A DNA stretch of 64,000 bases. It comes from a virus. Below are positions 18,581 through 27,819 of the stretch, piece by piece (position 1 is the first letter of the stretch; each line of letters starts with the position of its first letter). Where the stretch lies: the IMG/VR virus record IMGVR_UViG_3300026136_000008; one strand, 5' to 3'. The translations under genes and the position numbers were made by a program. The notes under the pieces are model-generated. The model was not told the origin of the DNA and searched no databases. It was given only the letters and a program-made list of their open reading frames with translations.

Positions 18581-19644
18581 TATTGTATCTCCATATCTAT
18601 GGCATCGTTATAGAGACTATTCATTAAGGTCTTGAGCTTTTCCTTATCAAGATCCGTATTCACACCGTCAATATAACTTGCCATTAAGTCTGTTGTATTT
18701 TCTACATCTTCTATATTAGTAAGAACATTCTCACCTAAGAACTCAGAGAAATTTTCAGCTATCTTTAAATCGTGTGTATTCAGCTCTGATATTCGTTCAA
18801 TAAATTTGTCAAACATGAATGGGTTAGACTTATTCCCAACAATTACTTTAACAAATTTGCCTGTAAGTGTATTTATATCATAATTTGCGTAATCTGTGTC
18901 AGTATCATCATAATATATTTTCTCAAATAATGTGAGCGGATTAGGTATTGCTTCCACAGTTTTTGTATCTGTATCGAATACATGGAAATATTTCTGATCT
19001 CCAGCATCTGCCCATGTGAATTCCATTTGGCATCCAAGGTATCTGATGTTGCCTTGTTGAGATGAGGCATGGTAATGTCCAGATAAACATAGGTCAAAGT
19101 GTGCAAAAGGTTCTACACCCATACCATGACCCATAGGTTGCTTAATACCTCTCATCATTTCAAAGCCTTGCAACTCTAAATGACCCATCATAATGCCTTT
19201 ATTACTTGCCAAGAAATTCATTGATTGATCCCAATTCTCTGGATTAATCCATGGCACTAAATGTACATCACAACCATCATAGTTTAATGTTGATGGTTTC
19301 ATAATGATATTGATATTGCTTGTGTAATAACCTAATAGTTCTTTAAGAGAACATAGATCATTTGTGTTCTTATGGAATACATCATGGTTACCTGGAATAA
19401 TATCCATAGTCATACCATTCTGTTTCATAGGCTCAAGGAAATGTCTACGGTTAGCATTCAATGCCTTAAAGTTTACAAACTTCCGATGGTCATAATAATC
19501 ACCTAGATGTATAATATGTTTTATATCATTATCTTTACAAAATGGAAAGAATATTTCAGAATAGAATCTCTCTTGGAAGTCTATGAATATTTCTGAACTA
19601 TTTCTTACACCACAATGTGTATCATTTAATAATGCTATCTTCAT
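18580..19644 (-). CDS. gp47: Recombination endonuclease nuclease subunit (Mre11/SbcD-like)
   Basis: DTHCG, LGDYYD, PGNHD, GHLE, SGHYH. Confidence 0.97.
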   Translation of the reverse strand: MKIALLNDTHCGVRNSSEIFIDFQERFYSEIFFPFCKDNDIKHIIHLGDYYDHRKFVNFKALNANRRHFLEPMKQNGMTMDIIPGNHDVFHKNTNDLCSLKELLGYYTSNINIIMKPSTLNYDGCDVHLVPWINPENWDQSMNFLASNKGIMMGHLELQGFEMMRGIKQPMGHGMGVEPFAHFDLCLSGHYHASSQQGNIRYLGCQMEFTWADAGDQKYFHVFDTDTKTVEAIPNPLTLFEKIYYDDTDTDYANYDINTLTGKFVKVIVGNKSNPFMFDKFIERISELNTHDLKIAENFSEFLGENVLTNIEDVENTTDLMASYIDGVNTDLDKEKLKTLMNSLYNDAIDMEIQ

Positions 19645-20198
19645 TTAAATGGATCTCCTTTAAACCAAATAACTAAACTATATCTTGTACCTTTTGTCAC
19701 TTTATCTACCTTATGCCAAACATGAGATGGGAATACATTAACAGAACCTTTCGGTCTTCCTAATTTATTTAACATAGGTTTTGTTTGACCATATTCTAAT
19801 TCATTATCAAACCACATATCGCCGCCTTCAAAATCATCATTCAGATTCACAGTAACACTTAGCTTTCTTATCTTACCATCTTTAAATGGTTCTTCAAATG
19901 AATCCCTATGCCAATCGTAATAACCACCTTCGTTATATTCGGTAAATTGAATTGCTTTTACTTCATCGTATTCTAAATTCCAGCCAGCTTTTTCATTAGC
20001 TTCACGTATATATGGATGTACTAAATCCATAATCCATGGATCATATAACCACACAATATCTGACTCTCTATAATTTTCTAAGTTATCCTTTGTAACAGCT
20101 TTCTTTTTCTCTTGGGATAAACCTAATTTTATTATATGGTCACATATTTTTGGATCTATTGCTTTTGGACGTGTCCAAACAAATTGTTTAAATCTCAT
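19641..20198 (-). CDS. 2OG-Fe(II) oxygenase
   Basis: YYDWHRD, RKLSVTVNL, FEGGD, HKVDKVTKGTRYSLVIW. Confidence 0.92.
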   Translation of the reverse strand: MRFKQFVWTRPKAIDPKICDHIIKLGLSQEKKKAVTKDNLENYRESDIVWLYDPWIMDLVHPYIREANEKAGWNLEYDEVKAIQFTEYNEGGYYDWHRDSFEEPFKDGKIRKLSVTVNLNDDFEGGDMWFDNELEYGQTKPMLNKLGRPKGSVNVFPSHVWHKVDKVTKGTRYSLVIWFKGDPFK

Positions 20199-20914
20199 TT
20201 AGATACTACTCTATGCTTTGGTGCCCATCCTAATTCTGTTAATTCTTTAATATTGGCGCATGTCTTTACTCGTTCTGTTGTTGGATTATCTGCTCTTATT
20301 TCAGGTGATCTGTATGGCATTAATTTTGCAGCTACTTCTTTTAAATTGATTGATTCACCTGTTCCAATATCAACACATTTACCCACCATTATATCATAGT
20401 TTTCCATCAATGTACATATAGCAGAACATAAATCTTCTATATGAGTCCAATCTCTTTCATGGTATCCATTTATATATTGAACTGTTCCTGGGTTTTCTGT
20501 CATTCTATGATACATCATATCTGTTCTGCCCGGATAAACTGTATGAGGTCTAAAACCTACAAAATCTTTTCCATCCACTTCATTAATCTTTTTAGTTGTA
20601 GCATATGGATTAGTCCACCATTCATGAGCATTTGAACTTGAAGCATACATACATTTTATATTACGTCTCCTACAAAATTCAAATACAGTTCTTGTACCAA
20701 TTACATTTGTTTCAAAATATTCATCAGGCCAATCTAAAGATCTACGAACTCCGGTTAATGCAGCAAGATGAATAACCATATCAAATTTGCCAGTAGCATA
20801 GTCAAACTCAGTAATCTCACCAGTAAAACCAAATACTTTATGTCCTTCATTTTCTAAGTACTTACTTAAATGTTTTCCTATATAACCACGCGATCCAGTT
20901 ATTATTATATCCAT
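20195..20914 (-). CDS. NAD-dependent nucleotide-sugar epimerase/dehydratase
   Basis: ITGSRGYIG, HLAA, YASS, YATTK, RDWTHIEDL. Confidence 0.9.
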   Translation of the reverse strand: MDIIITGSRGYIGKHLSKYLENEGHKVFGFTGEITEFDYATGKFDMVIHLAALTGVRRSLDWPDEYFETNVIGTRTVFEFCRRRNIKCMYASSSNAHEWWTNPYATTKKINEVDGKDFVGFRPHTVYPGRTDMMYHRMTENPGTVQYINGYHERDWTHIEDLCSAICTLMENYDIMVGKCVDIGTGESINLKEVAAKLMPYRSPEIRADNPTTERVKTCANIKELTELGWAPKHRVVSK

Positions 20915-21693
20915 CTTTTATCTTCCTTTATATCTTGATTAATTTTACGCGCCTTCTCTAATAAGGTAAGTTTGCCTTGTCCAGATTTTACAAAGGCACT
21001 TGTATCTTTTGGAAAGCACATACCACCAAATCCATATTTTCCATCTGGTCCAGGAACCATCATATGACTTTTACCAATGCGCTCATCCATAGATACTAAC
21101 TGTGTTAATTCATAAAATCCATTTTGTCCAAACATAGATTTAAGTTCATTAAAGAATATCACTTTTGTGGCAAGAAATGAATTGATTGTGTATTTGGCAT
21201 AAGCCGCTGTTCTTATATCAGTAAATTTTATATGATTTATTTTTATGCCAGCATCTTGAAATACTGTACACCAAAATAAGCATTGGCCTCCACCAAAGAT
21301 AGCAAATTTCTGGTTTAGAAATTCTTTTTCCGAATCTGCTTCTGTTAAAAACTCTGGATTTGTTGTAAGAAAGTTGTCCTCTATGAGTAACTCTGCAAGC
21401 TCAACAGATATAGTTGACTTAATAAGAATAGGAACCTTTGGTGCATGCTTACGAATCTCACGGTGATATTGTTCTACTAGCATATCATCACATTCACCCA
21501 TTGGCCCTTGTGGTGTAGGTAAACATATAATAATACCATCATAAAGATGATAGTGTGGATATATGTAATCTCTTTGAACTAATTCATAACCTGCTGGAGG
21601 ATCTAATATTTCTACAGCATATTTTTGTGATATACCTGCAAATACAGCTTTACCTACTACGCCATAGCCTATGATTAAAAATCTTTTATTCAT
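20905..21693 (-). CDS. UDP-glucose/GDP-mannose dehydrogenase-like protein (short form)
   Basis: IIGYGVVG, LPTP, IKST, NPEFL, GFGGMCFPKD; no C-terminal domain. Confidence 0.88.
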   Translation of the reverse strand: MNKRFLIIGYGVVGKAVFAGISQKYAVEILDPPAGYELVQRDYIYPHYHLYDGIIICLPTPQGPMGECDDMLVEQYHREIRKHAPKVPILIKSTISVELAELLIEDNFLTTNPEFLTEADSEKEFLNQKFAIFGGGQCLFWCTVFQDAGIKINHIKFTDIRTAAYAKYTINSFLATKVIFFNELKSMFGQNGFYELTQLVSMDERIGKSHMMVPGPDGKYGFGGMCFPKDTSAFVKSGQGKLTLLEKARKINQDIKEDKRWI

Positions 21694-22264
21694 CCATTAC
21701 CTTTTCTAATCCTTTCTTTTCTTTTGCCTTTTCTTCCTTCGCAAAATCACTGATCTGAGAATCAACTTCTTTGATCTTAGATATTTTTTCACGAAGAGTA
21801 TCAAGGAACGATTGGTCAATAGGACTATTCATATCAATAGCAGATACAAAGTCTTCTATATTGGCTTGCTCCATAAATTTGAATTTAATATCGGCTTGTT
21901 TCTTTTCTTTTACAATACGTCGTATAAAAGCAAAGTAAGCGATTTGTGTAAAATATGAAAATGCATTAGGCTTACCAGTTCTTGTGCTAGCATCTATTCT
22001 ATAATTGTATATTGCTTTCAAGCAATTCTCAACACCATCCATTACCATCTCATCTCGATATGTGTATCGTACAAAGTTTGGTTTATGAGATAGACCTTCA
22101 CAGATCTTCATAAAGCACATTGCAATATAATCTGGTACTATTGGATTTTTATCTCCCCTTTTCTTCGCAGCATTTGCCTCGGTTACATAGTCAACTACAG
22201 CATATGAAAACTGCCGGTTATTTACGTAATGGGGTTTGTCTCTAGGTTTAATTTTTTCAGTCAT
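21686..22264 (-). CDS. gp55: Late transcription sigma factor
   Basis: HYVNN, PNFVRYTYRDEMVMDGVENC, NAFSYFTQIAYFAFIRRI. Confidence 0.97.
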   Translation of the reverse strand: MTEKIKPRDKPHYVNNRQFSYAVVDYVTEANAAKKRGDKNPIVPDYIAMCFMKICEGLSHKPNFVRYTYRDEMVMDGVENCLKAIYNYRIDASTRTGKPNAFSYFTQIAYFAFIRRIVKEKKQADIKFKFMEQANIEDFVSAIDMNSPIDQSFLDTLREKISKIKEVDSQISDFAKEEKAKEKKGLEKVMDE

Positions 22265-22285
22265 AATATCTCCATGTGTATAAGC

Positions 22286-22313
22286 ATTATATCACATAAT
22301 GCCTAAATGTACA
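22286..22313 (-). promoter_or_regulatory. sigma70-like promoter TGTACA-N16-TATAAT (gp55)
   Basis: AAGTATGTACATTTAGGCATTATGTGATATAAT. Confidence 0.7.
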
Positions 22314-22316
22314 TAC

Positions 22317-22625
22317 TTAAATACTAAAAGATGATCCACAACCGCATGTTGTTTTTGCGTTGGGATTACTTATTTGGAATCTTGCTCCTGTTAAATCTTG
22401 AACATAATCGATCGTTATGCCTTCTAAATATTGATAGCTCATAGGATCAACTCGAACTTGCACATCATTTTTTTCAATAATAAAATCACCATCTATATTT
22501 TTCTCATCTAATTTAAAACCATAGTTAAAGCCTGAGCATCCACCACCAGAAATATAAACACGAAGACTTTCATCTCCGGTAATCATCTCGGATACTTTAC
22601 TTGTGGCATTATCAGTTATTTGCAT
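22317..22625 (-). CDS. A-type Fe-S carrier (IscA/ErpA, HesB family)
   Basis: [25 protein letters not shown]. Confidence 0.95.
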   Translation of the reverse strand: MQITDNATSKVSEMITGDESLRVYISGGGCSGFNYGFKLDEKNIDGDFIIEKNDVQVRVDPMSYQYLEGITIDYVQDLTGARFQISNPNAKTTCGCGSSFSI

Positions 22626-22644
22626 ATTTATTTTAACTAAAGTA

Positions 22645-22673
22645 TGTACAAAGCCGCTTTTCTATGGTATAAT
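22645..22673 (+). promoter_or_regulatory. Orphan plus-strand promoter TGTACA-N17-TATAAT
   Basis: AAGTATGTACAAAGCCGCTTTTCTATGGTATAAT; followed by palindrome AGAGAGTACTCTCT and a G6 run. Confidence 0.65.
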
Positions 22674-22704
22674 AAGAGAGTACTCTCTGCGGGGGGAGAC
22701 AGTA

Positions 22705-23070
22705 TTAATGGGTAGTGGCGTTTCCCTTCATGAGTTTAGTTTGTTCTATTAAAACATCCTTATCATGTTGGATCTCATCTAAAACAATCTTCATGTAGTG
22801 TGCCTTTATATCATCTTGAAGATCAGTCTGTAATAACACATTAAAATCTTCAATAGTATGTAATGACCCCATAGAGAACGGTAACCAAGGTGTTAAAACA
22901 AAATGGTTATCCGGTTCTGTAATCACTTTCATAGGTTCTTCAACATGGATTAATGAACCATTTGATTCATCATCAATAGTATGAGTATATGCAATGATGT
23001 TTTCACCATTGACTAGTTTATACAACCTTACTGGTAATTGCGATATGTCGTCTGGGAATTTCTTGTCCAT
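22705..23070 (-). CDS. Sm-like conserved hypothetical protein downstream of uvsW
   Basis: LYKLVNGENII, LTPWLPFS. Confidence 0.6.
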   Translation of the reverse strand: MDKKFPDDISQLPVRLYKLVNGENIIAYTHTIDDESNGSLIHVEEPMKVITEPDNHFVLTPWLPFSMGSLHTIEDFNVLLQTDLQDDIKAHYMKIVLDEIQHDKDVLIEQTKLMKGNATTH

Positions 23071-23075
23071 ATATG

Positions 23076-23083
23076 TATTTATA
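23076..23083 (-). promoter_or_regulatory. T4 late promoter, 5 nt before ATG
   Basis: TATAAATA-CATAT-ATG. Confidence 0.7.
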
Positions 23084-24575
23084 ATAATTTCACCTCATGT
23101 ATCTTGAATTTGAACCTTTCTTTTGAATATATTTTTATCCTTTCACCGCTATGATTTAAGGTATAATTCTTATTAGATTTCCAGTGTAGGTCATCCGCTA
23201 AGTCATATATCGTTGTATCTAGCGTACTCTTTCTTAATCCTCTACCAATACTTTGCAATACTCGTATCTGACTCTTACTTGGACTTGCAAATATAATATT
23301 GTGTAGGTTAACTATATTTATACCAGTAGAGAATGTACCATATGAACAGACTAATATAGCATTAGATTCTTGTTCAGTAATAGATCTAATTTCTTCGCGC
23401 GTATCTGCAGGGGTCTTGCCGGATACATAAAACACTTTGCGCTTACTATCTGTTGCACCATCTATTAATCTAAACAGCGGTTCACCATGCTTCTCTACAT
23501 ATTGGAATAATACTAATGTGTTACCTTTTAGATCGACAGCTAAATTCTTTATAAAGTTATTTCTCTTCTGACTCGTAACAATCCAATCTACCTCGTCTTG
23601 GTATTTCATGCCATTCACTAATTTACAATGCTCGTCAGGATGTTTAAGTAATAATACATCAATCGATATATTAGCAAGATCACCACGATCGATAAGCTCT
23701 TTACTTGTTGTGATATTCTTATGTGGTCCAAATAAACCTTCAAGAACTAACTTATGTGTTTGTGTACCATCTAATGTACCTGTTAGTCCATACCTATATC
23801 CAGCTTCTGTGCATTTAGTAAGAATGCTTGTTAATGATTTAGCTTTAAATCCATGTGCTTCATCTCCGATCACCATACCAAATTGTTGGAAATAACCTTT
23901 TTGCATTTTGTATATAGACTGCCAAGTAGATACATATATTCTTTTTGTCTTATGGCCTTTATCTAAACCTGCCATAATCTCATGACATTCATTTGCATCA
24001 AAGTTAGGATCATTCTCAGAGTACTTCGCAAAATCTCCAACCATTTGTTTAACGAGTGATGTAGTAGGTACAATCAATAATACTTTATCAGCCTCTAAAT
24101 CATAACTCATATCTAAGAAATATCTCATCATTAGGTATATAATATATGATTTACCCGAGGCTGTAGGTGATACCATTAATGCTTTTCTATTCTCGAGTGC
24201 ATGCTTCACAGCAGCTAACTGATAATCTCTTGGCGGAAATGGTAATACATATTCGTCGATAAAAGACATATCGACATTTACATGTACATTAGGTAGATTA
24301 TAACCAAGCTTTGCACTTGGTAATACTGTAAGTTTTATATTTCTTTCTGCAGCGAATGCTGCAATATATTTGTATAGACCGGCGTATATAGACTGATCTC
24401 TGAGATTAAGGAGTCTTACTTTACCATCCCACATTTTGTTTCTAAACTGTGGCATGAATTTATATCCAGGAACGAAGAATGTAAAATATTCTGCTAGTTC
24501 TTGTATGATTCCTTTATCGTCACAATCTACATAGATAAAGGCATTATCTTTAGTTTGTACTGTTATTTCTTCCAT
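23079..24575 (-). CDS. uvsW: SF2 DNA helicase UvsW
   Basis: PRDYQ, SPTASGKS, DEAH, GLTGT, QSIGRGLR; likely start MEEITV at 24575. Confidence 0.96.
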   Translation of the reverse strand: MEEITVQTKDNAFIYVDCDDKGIIQELAEYFTFFVPGYKFMPQFRNKMWDGKVRLLNLRDQSIYAGLYKYIAAFAAERNIKLTVLPSAKLGYNLPNVHVNVDMSFIDEYVLPFPPRDYQLAAVKHALENRKALMVSPTASGKSYIIYLMMRYFLDMSYDLEADKVLLIVPTTSLVKQMVGDFAKYSENDPNFDANECHEIMAGLDKGHKTKRIYVSTWQSIYKMQKGYFQQFGMVIGDEAHGFKAKSLTSILTKCTEAGYRYGLTGTLDGTQTHKLVLEGLFGPHKNITTSKELIDRGDLANISIDVLLLKHPDEHCKLVNGMKYQDEVDWIVTSQKRNNFIKNLAVDLKGNTLVLFQYVEKHGEPLFRLIDGATDSKRKVFYVSGKTPADTREEIRSITEQESNAILVCSYGTFSTGINIVNLHNIIFASPSKSQIRVLQSIGRGLRKSTLDTTIYDLADDLHWKSNKNYTLNHSGERIKIYSKERFKFKIHEVKLL

Positions 24576-24774
24576 TTGCTTCGGCCGCCAATTTATGTGC
24601 ATACTCTAATGCGGTCATCCCATTTGGATAGACTACGTCTAACGGTGTAGACTTTAATTTCTCTTCAGTCTCTTTAATTAATTTTTCGAACTTAGATTTT
24701 TCAGAACAAGGCTTTAAACCTTTATTGATATTAGTGTAGTTAATAAGTAATAACTCGAGTGTTTTTCTATTCAT
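24550..24774 (-). CDS. Hypothetical protein
   Basis: 74-aa ORF overlapping both neighbours. Confidence 0.5.
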   Translation of the reverse strand: MNRKTLELLLINYTNINKGLKPCSEKSKFEKLIKETEEKLKSTPLDVVYPNGMTALEYAHKLAAEANGRNNSTN

Positions 24775-25319
24775 CTTTTATTACTGTCAGAACCTTCAAT
24801 AAAATTTGTCATGTATACATGTTCTAGTTGTTGTATTAAAGCCACATTAACATATGATATAGGAATATACTTACTTACAGAAATAGAATCAATATCAATT
24901 AACCTGAGAGTTTCATTTTTAAAATCCCAAATTATATTATCTGGATTAGGATCACCATACCATATAAATTTATTCTCCATAAATTTTACTTCTTTTCTTG
25001 CTACATCATATAATTTTTCAAATATACGGTCCATAGCTATTTTTATTTTAATGATATCATTGTGATATAATTTACCACCATTTTTTAAATACTGATTAAT
25101 TGTCATTCCATTTACATATTCGTATGTAAACCCATCATCATTAATTTCATGTATCTTTGGAAAAAAATCTAAATTATAACGTTCTTGAAGTATTTTTACT
25201 GAATGTATTATTCGTTTTTTTCTATGCCACAGTCTAGGTTTTTTATGTACTACTCCATCAACTAATGTCACTACACTAGACATTCCATCAAAATGGTTTA
25301 GATTAGACTCCTGCTTCAA
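24771..25319 (-). CDS. Protein-kinase-like (APH/RIO fold) protein
   Basis: YEYVNG, YGDPNPDNII catalytic loop, LIDID. Confidence 0.65.
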   Translation of the reverse strand: MKQESNLNHFDGMSSVVTLVDGVVHKKPRLWHRKKRIIHSVKILQERYNLDFFPKIHEINDDGFTYEYVNGMTINQYLKNGGKLYHNDIIKIKIAMDRIFEKLYDVARKEVKFMENKFIWYGDPNPDNIIWDFKNETLRLIDIDSISVSKYIPISYVNVALIQQLEHVYMTNFIEGSDSNKR

Positions 25320-25749
25320 AACTTCTCCATTTTATAATGTTACCAATATTCTGATGTCTCCAACGTATGGTAGACATAATCTCTTCAAGAGTTTCAACTA
25401 AAATCTTTTCTACTTCTAATAATGCTTGTGATCTTTGGATATCAGTATCTGCATCATAATAATAATTCATATCACCTTTTAGTGGTTTATTTAATCCGCC
25501 AAATGGATCGTACTCCCACTTAAATGCATCTATTTGTTCTTTAGACAATTTGCCGTTATAGTAAAGCCACTTATCTTTAAGTAATGTCTTATACTCTAAC
25601 TCACGTTTTTTACGTGTCATCTTCGCAATGGTAAGTAATTCTAAATACTTACTATGGATACGTGCCATCCTAATAGTAGTATCATCTAATTTTAATTCAT
25701 CTATCTGGCCATCTTTCTGCCACATTTGTAGTACTTCAGTTGTAGTCAT
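25303..25749 (-). CDS. uvsY: Recombination mediator UvsY
   Basis: MWQKDGQID..., IHSKYL, KWLYYNGK, NIIKWRSFEAG. Confidence 0.9.
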   Translation of the reverse strand: MTTTEVLQMWQKDGQIDELKLDDTTIRMARIHSKYLELLTIAKMTRKKRELEYKTLLKDKWLYYNGKLSKEQIDAFKWEYDPFGGLNKPLKGDMNYYYDADTDIQRSQALLEVEKILVETLEEIMSTIRWRHQNIGNIIKWRSFEAGV

Positions 25750-25778
25750 AATAATCTAGTTATATCTATATTAGGTAT

Positions 25779-25807
25779 ATTATATCATAATATAGTGTCA
25801 ATGTACA
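25779..25807 (-). promoter_or_regulatory. sigma70-like promoter TGTACA-N17-TATAAT (uvsY)
   Basis: TATGTACATTGACACTATATTATGATATAAT. Confidence 0.7.
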
Positions 25808-27035
25808 TAGCCTTATATGTTTTTGGTAGCATTGTTTCTACTGATTGCTCTCGCCATTCATCTAATAATTCAGTTGTTCTATAATAGATTCTTTTATCAT
25901 CCTGTTTTGGCTCAGAATGATTATTTAAATATTCAAGAAAAGCTTCTGACATTTCAATAATTTCATCTGTACCATATCTAAAAAACATATTATCTATAAA
26001 TTCTTGAATATCTTTTTTTAATTTGTGTTTATTTTCTTCAGGGAGATTTCCTATTTGGTATTCAGACGGACCATATATATAATTTGTTTTAACCGTTCCG
26101 CATAAATGTGCTTTTTCGCCCACTATTTCATTAATAGTCTCTAACCACCATTCAGCGGTTTCTACAAAATAATTTGCATTCATTAACGACCATGTTGGTG
26201 CCCATGAAACTTGTATATTGCTTATATTTTCCTTCATAAACTGAAGCCATGTTCTAGCAGATTTTTCTACTGTATCCCACTTAGAATTATGTCTCGTATA
26301 TTCTTGTACCGAACCTGTGCCATCTATACTCATGAATATTTGGCAATGTTTAAATTTTTTTAATAAATCTAAGTGTCTCTTTTTAGGAACCCAACTTGCA
26401 TTAGTAAATATAAACATTCTAACATTTGTAGGATCAAATCTATTTGCAAATTTAAACCAATCCGGATGTAGCATTGGTTCTCCGCCAGTAATTTTGAGAT
26501 ATTCTAAATCTTTAAAATCATCATCTTCCCATTCTCTTTCAATATTCAATCTTTTCTTTGTGACACTAACAGCTAATCCTTCATGTACATATTTCTCTAA
26601 TCTTTTATTATCATCTAACCATGAATGAGATAAATCACTATCACAAGTTCTACATGCTAAATTACAATAATTACCAAAGGTTATTTCAACAAAATTTAAT
26701 TTTGGATTTACAATATCCGGCTCTGTCATCCAATCATTTCCATACCATGACTGAAGTTCTTTTGTGCGCATACTATCATATCCATTTTTTTCTGCGTAAT
26801 AACAAGTGGCACACCCTGCAACTTCCTCACCCTTTTTCATCTTTAGTTGTATATCTTTTATATTAGGATGCTGTAGATAATCTGATAATTTATCAAACTC
26901 GTTTATATTTGGAAGTTCCCACCCTTCAGGCATTTTACTCTTATTAAACCCGCAACACACTTGAGCTTTATTTGTTGGGTGAATATATATGTGGTTAAAA
27001 GGTAATGGACAAAATGTTTTAGAAATAGTTTTCAT
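25785..27035 (-). CDS. Radical SAM protein with N-terminal twitch/SPASM-like Cys cluster
   Basis: CNLACRTC, TGGEP, FTN, SIDG; N-terminal CPLPF..CC..CATC. Confidence 0.92.
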   Translation of the reverse strand: MKTISKTFCPLPFNHIYIHPTNKAQVCCGFNKSKMPEGWELPNINEFDKLSDYLQHPNIKDIQLKMKKGEEVAGCATCYYAEKNGYDSMRTKELQSWYGNDWMTEPDIVNPKLNFVEITFGNYCNLACRTCDSDLSHSWLDDNKRLEKYVHEGLAVSVTKKRLNIEREWEDDDFKDLEYLKITGGEPMLHPDWFKFANRFDPTNVRMFIFTNASWVPKKRHLDLLKKFKHCQIFMSIDGTGSVQEYTRHNSKWDTVEKSARTWLQFMKENISNIQVSWAPTWSLMNANYFVETAEWWLETINEIVGEKAHLCGTVKTNYIYGPSEYQIGNLPEENKHKLKKDIQEFIDNMFFRYGTDEIIEMSEAFLEYLNNHSEPKQDDKRIYYRTTELLDEWREQSVETMLPKTYKAMYIDTIL

Positions 27036-27819
27036 CTAGCATTCCTCTATCTAGTAAACGCTGTTTAATTCTGTCGCGTGTCATCATCTCCATCCATTGG
27101 TGATCTTCTATGATAGGTAACTCGTGTTTAATTTGTAACATCTTATCAAATGGTATATTCGTAGAATCTTCTTCTGTTCTTGATAGAGGCAAAGTTGATC
27201 CATCACCAAATACATATGGTTGTTGATTTCTAAAAACACCTATTCCTGTTTCTTTTTTAAGAATAAAAAATTCTCTCTTTAATGCTAGAATATCAAACAT
27301 TACTCTCCATGTTGTACCGCATCTTGGTCTTAATTTATTATCAGGTAAAGGATAAATTGCATGATCTTTTGTAGGAGGAAGCAAGTCATGTATGAATATC
27401 ATACCGCCTTTTCTTAAAAACATTAATGAATTTGAGAAATCTCTTAATACTTGTTTATGCTCGTGATCGCCATCAATAAATATAACATCGAATTTTTCTA
27501 AATTAATTTTAAAAAAATCATCTGAAGTCATACGAAGTGTACCACCAGATTTTGGATCTACACCAACTTTATGCTCTGCTTTAACGTTATCAAAACACTC
27601 ATTATATGCACATCCTATTTCTAAATACGATTTAAATTTATATTGGCTAAGTGCAAAGTTAATTAATTTTACTCTTGATGGTATCATTGTTTTAATATGT
27701 TCTTTATATTCATCATCACCTTCTTGTTTTGCGAAAAAATCATTATTTTGTTTACGTTCCCAGTATGTTTGTGCATTATCTTCACACCATTTTATAAATT
27801 TATTTTTATTGACTATCAT
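27019..27819 (-). CDS. Class I SAM methyltransferase (Methyltransf_24-like)
   Basis: YLEIGC, FDVIFIDGDH, LRKGGMIFIHD. Confidence 0.88.
   Translation of the reverse strand: MIVNKNKFIKWCEDNAQTYWERKQNNDFFAKQEGDDEYKEHIKTMIPSRVKLINFALSQYKFKSYLEIGCAYNECFDNVKAEHKVGVDPKSGGTLRMTSDDFFKINLEKFDVIFIDGDHEHKQVLRDFSNSLMFLRKGGMIFIHDLLPPTKDHAIYPLPDNKLRPRCGTTWRVMFDILALKREFFILKKETGIGVFRNQQPYVFGDGSTLPLSRTEEDSTNIPFDKMLQIKHELPIIEDHQWMEMMTRDRIKQRLLDRGMLDENYF

Noticed and set aside
22708-22752. 14-aa plus-strand peptide after the orphan promoter (GGAG then ATG)
   Set aside because: Very short and wholly antisense to a conserved gene; no support beyond a possible SD
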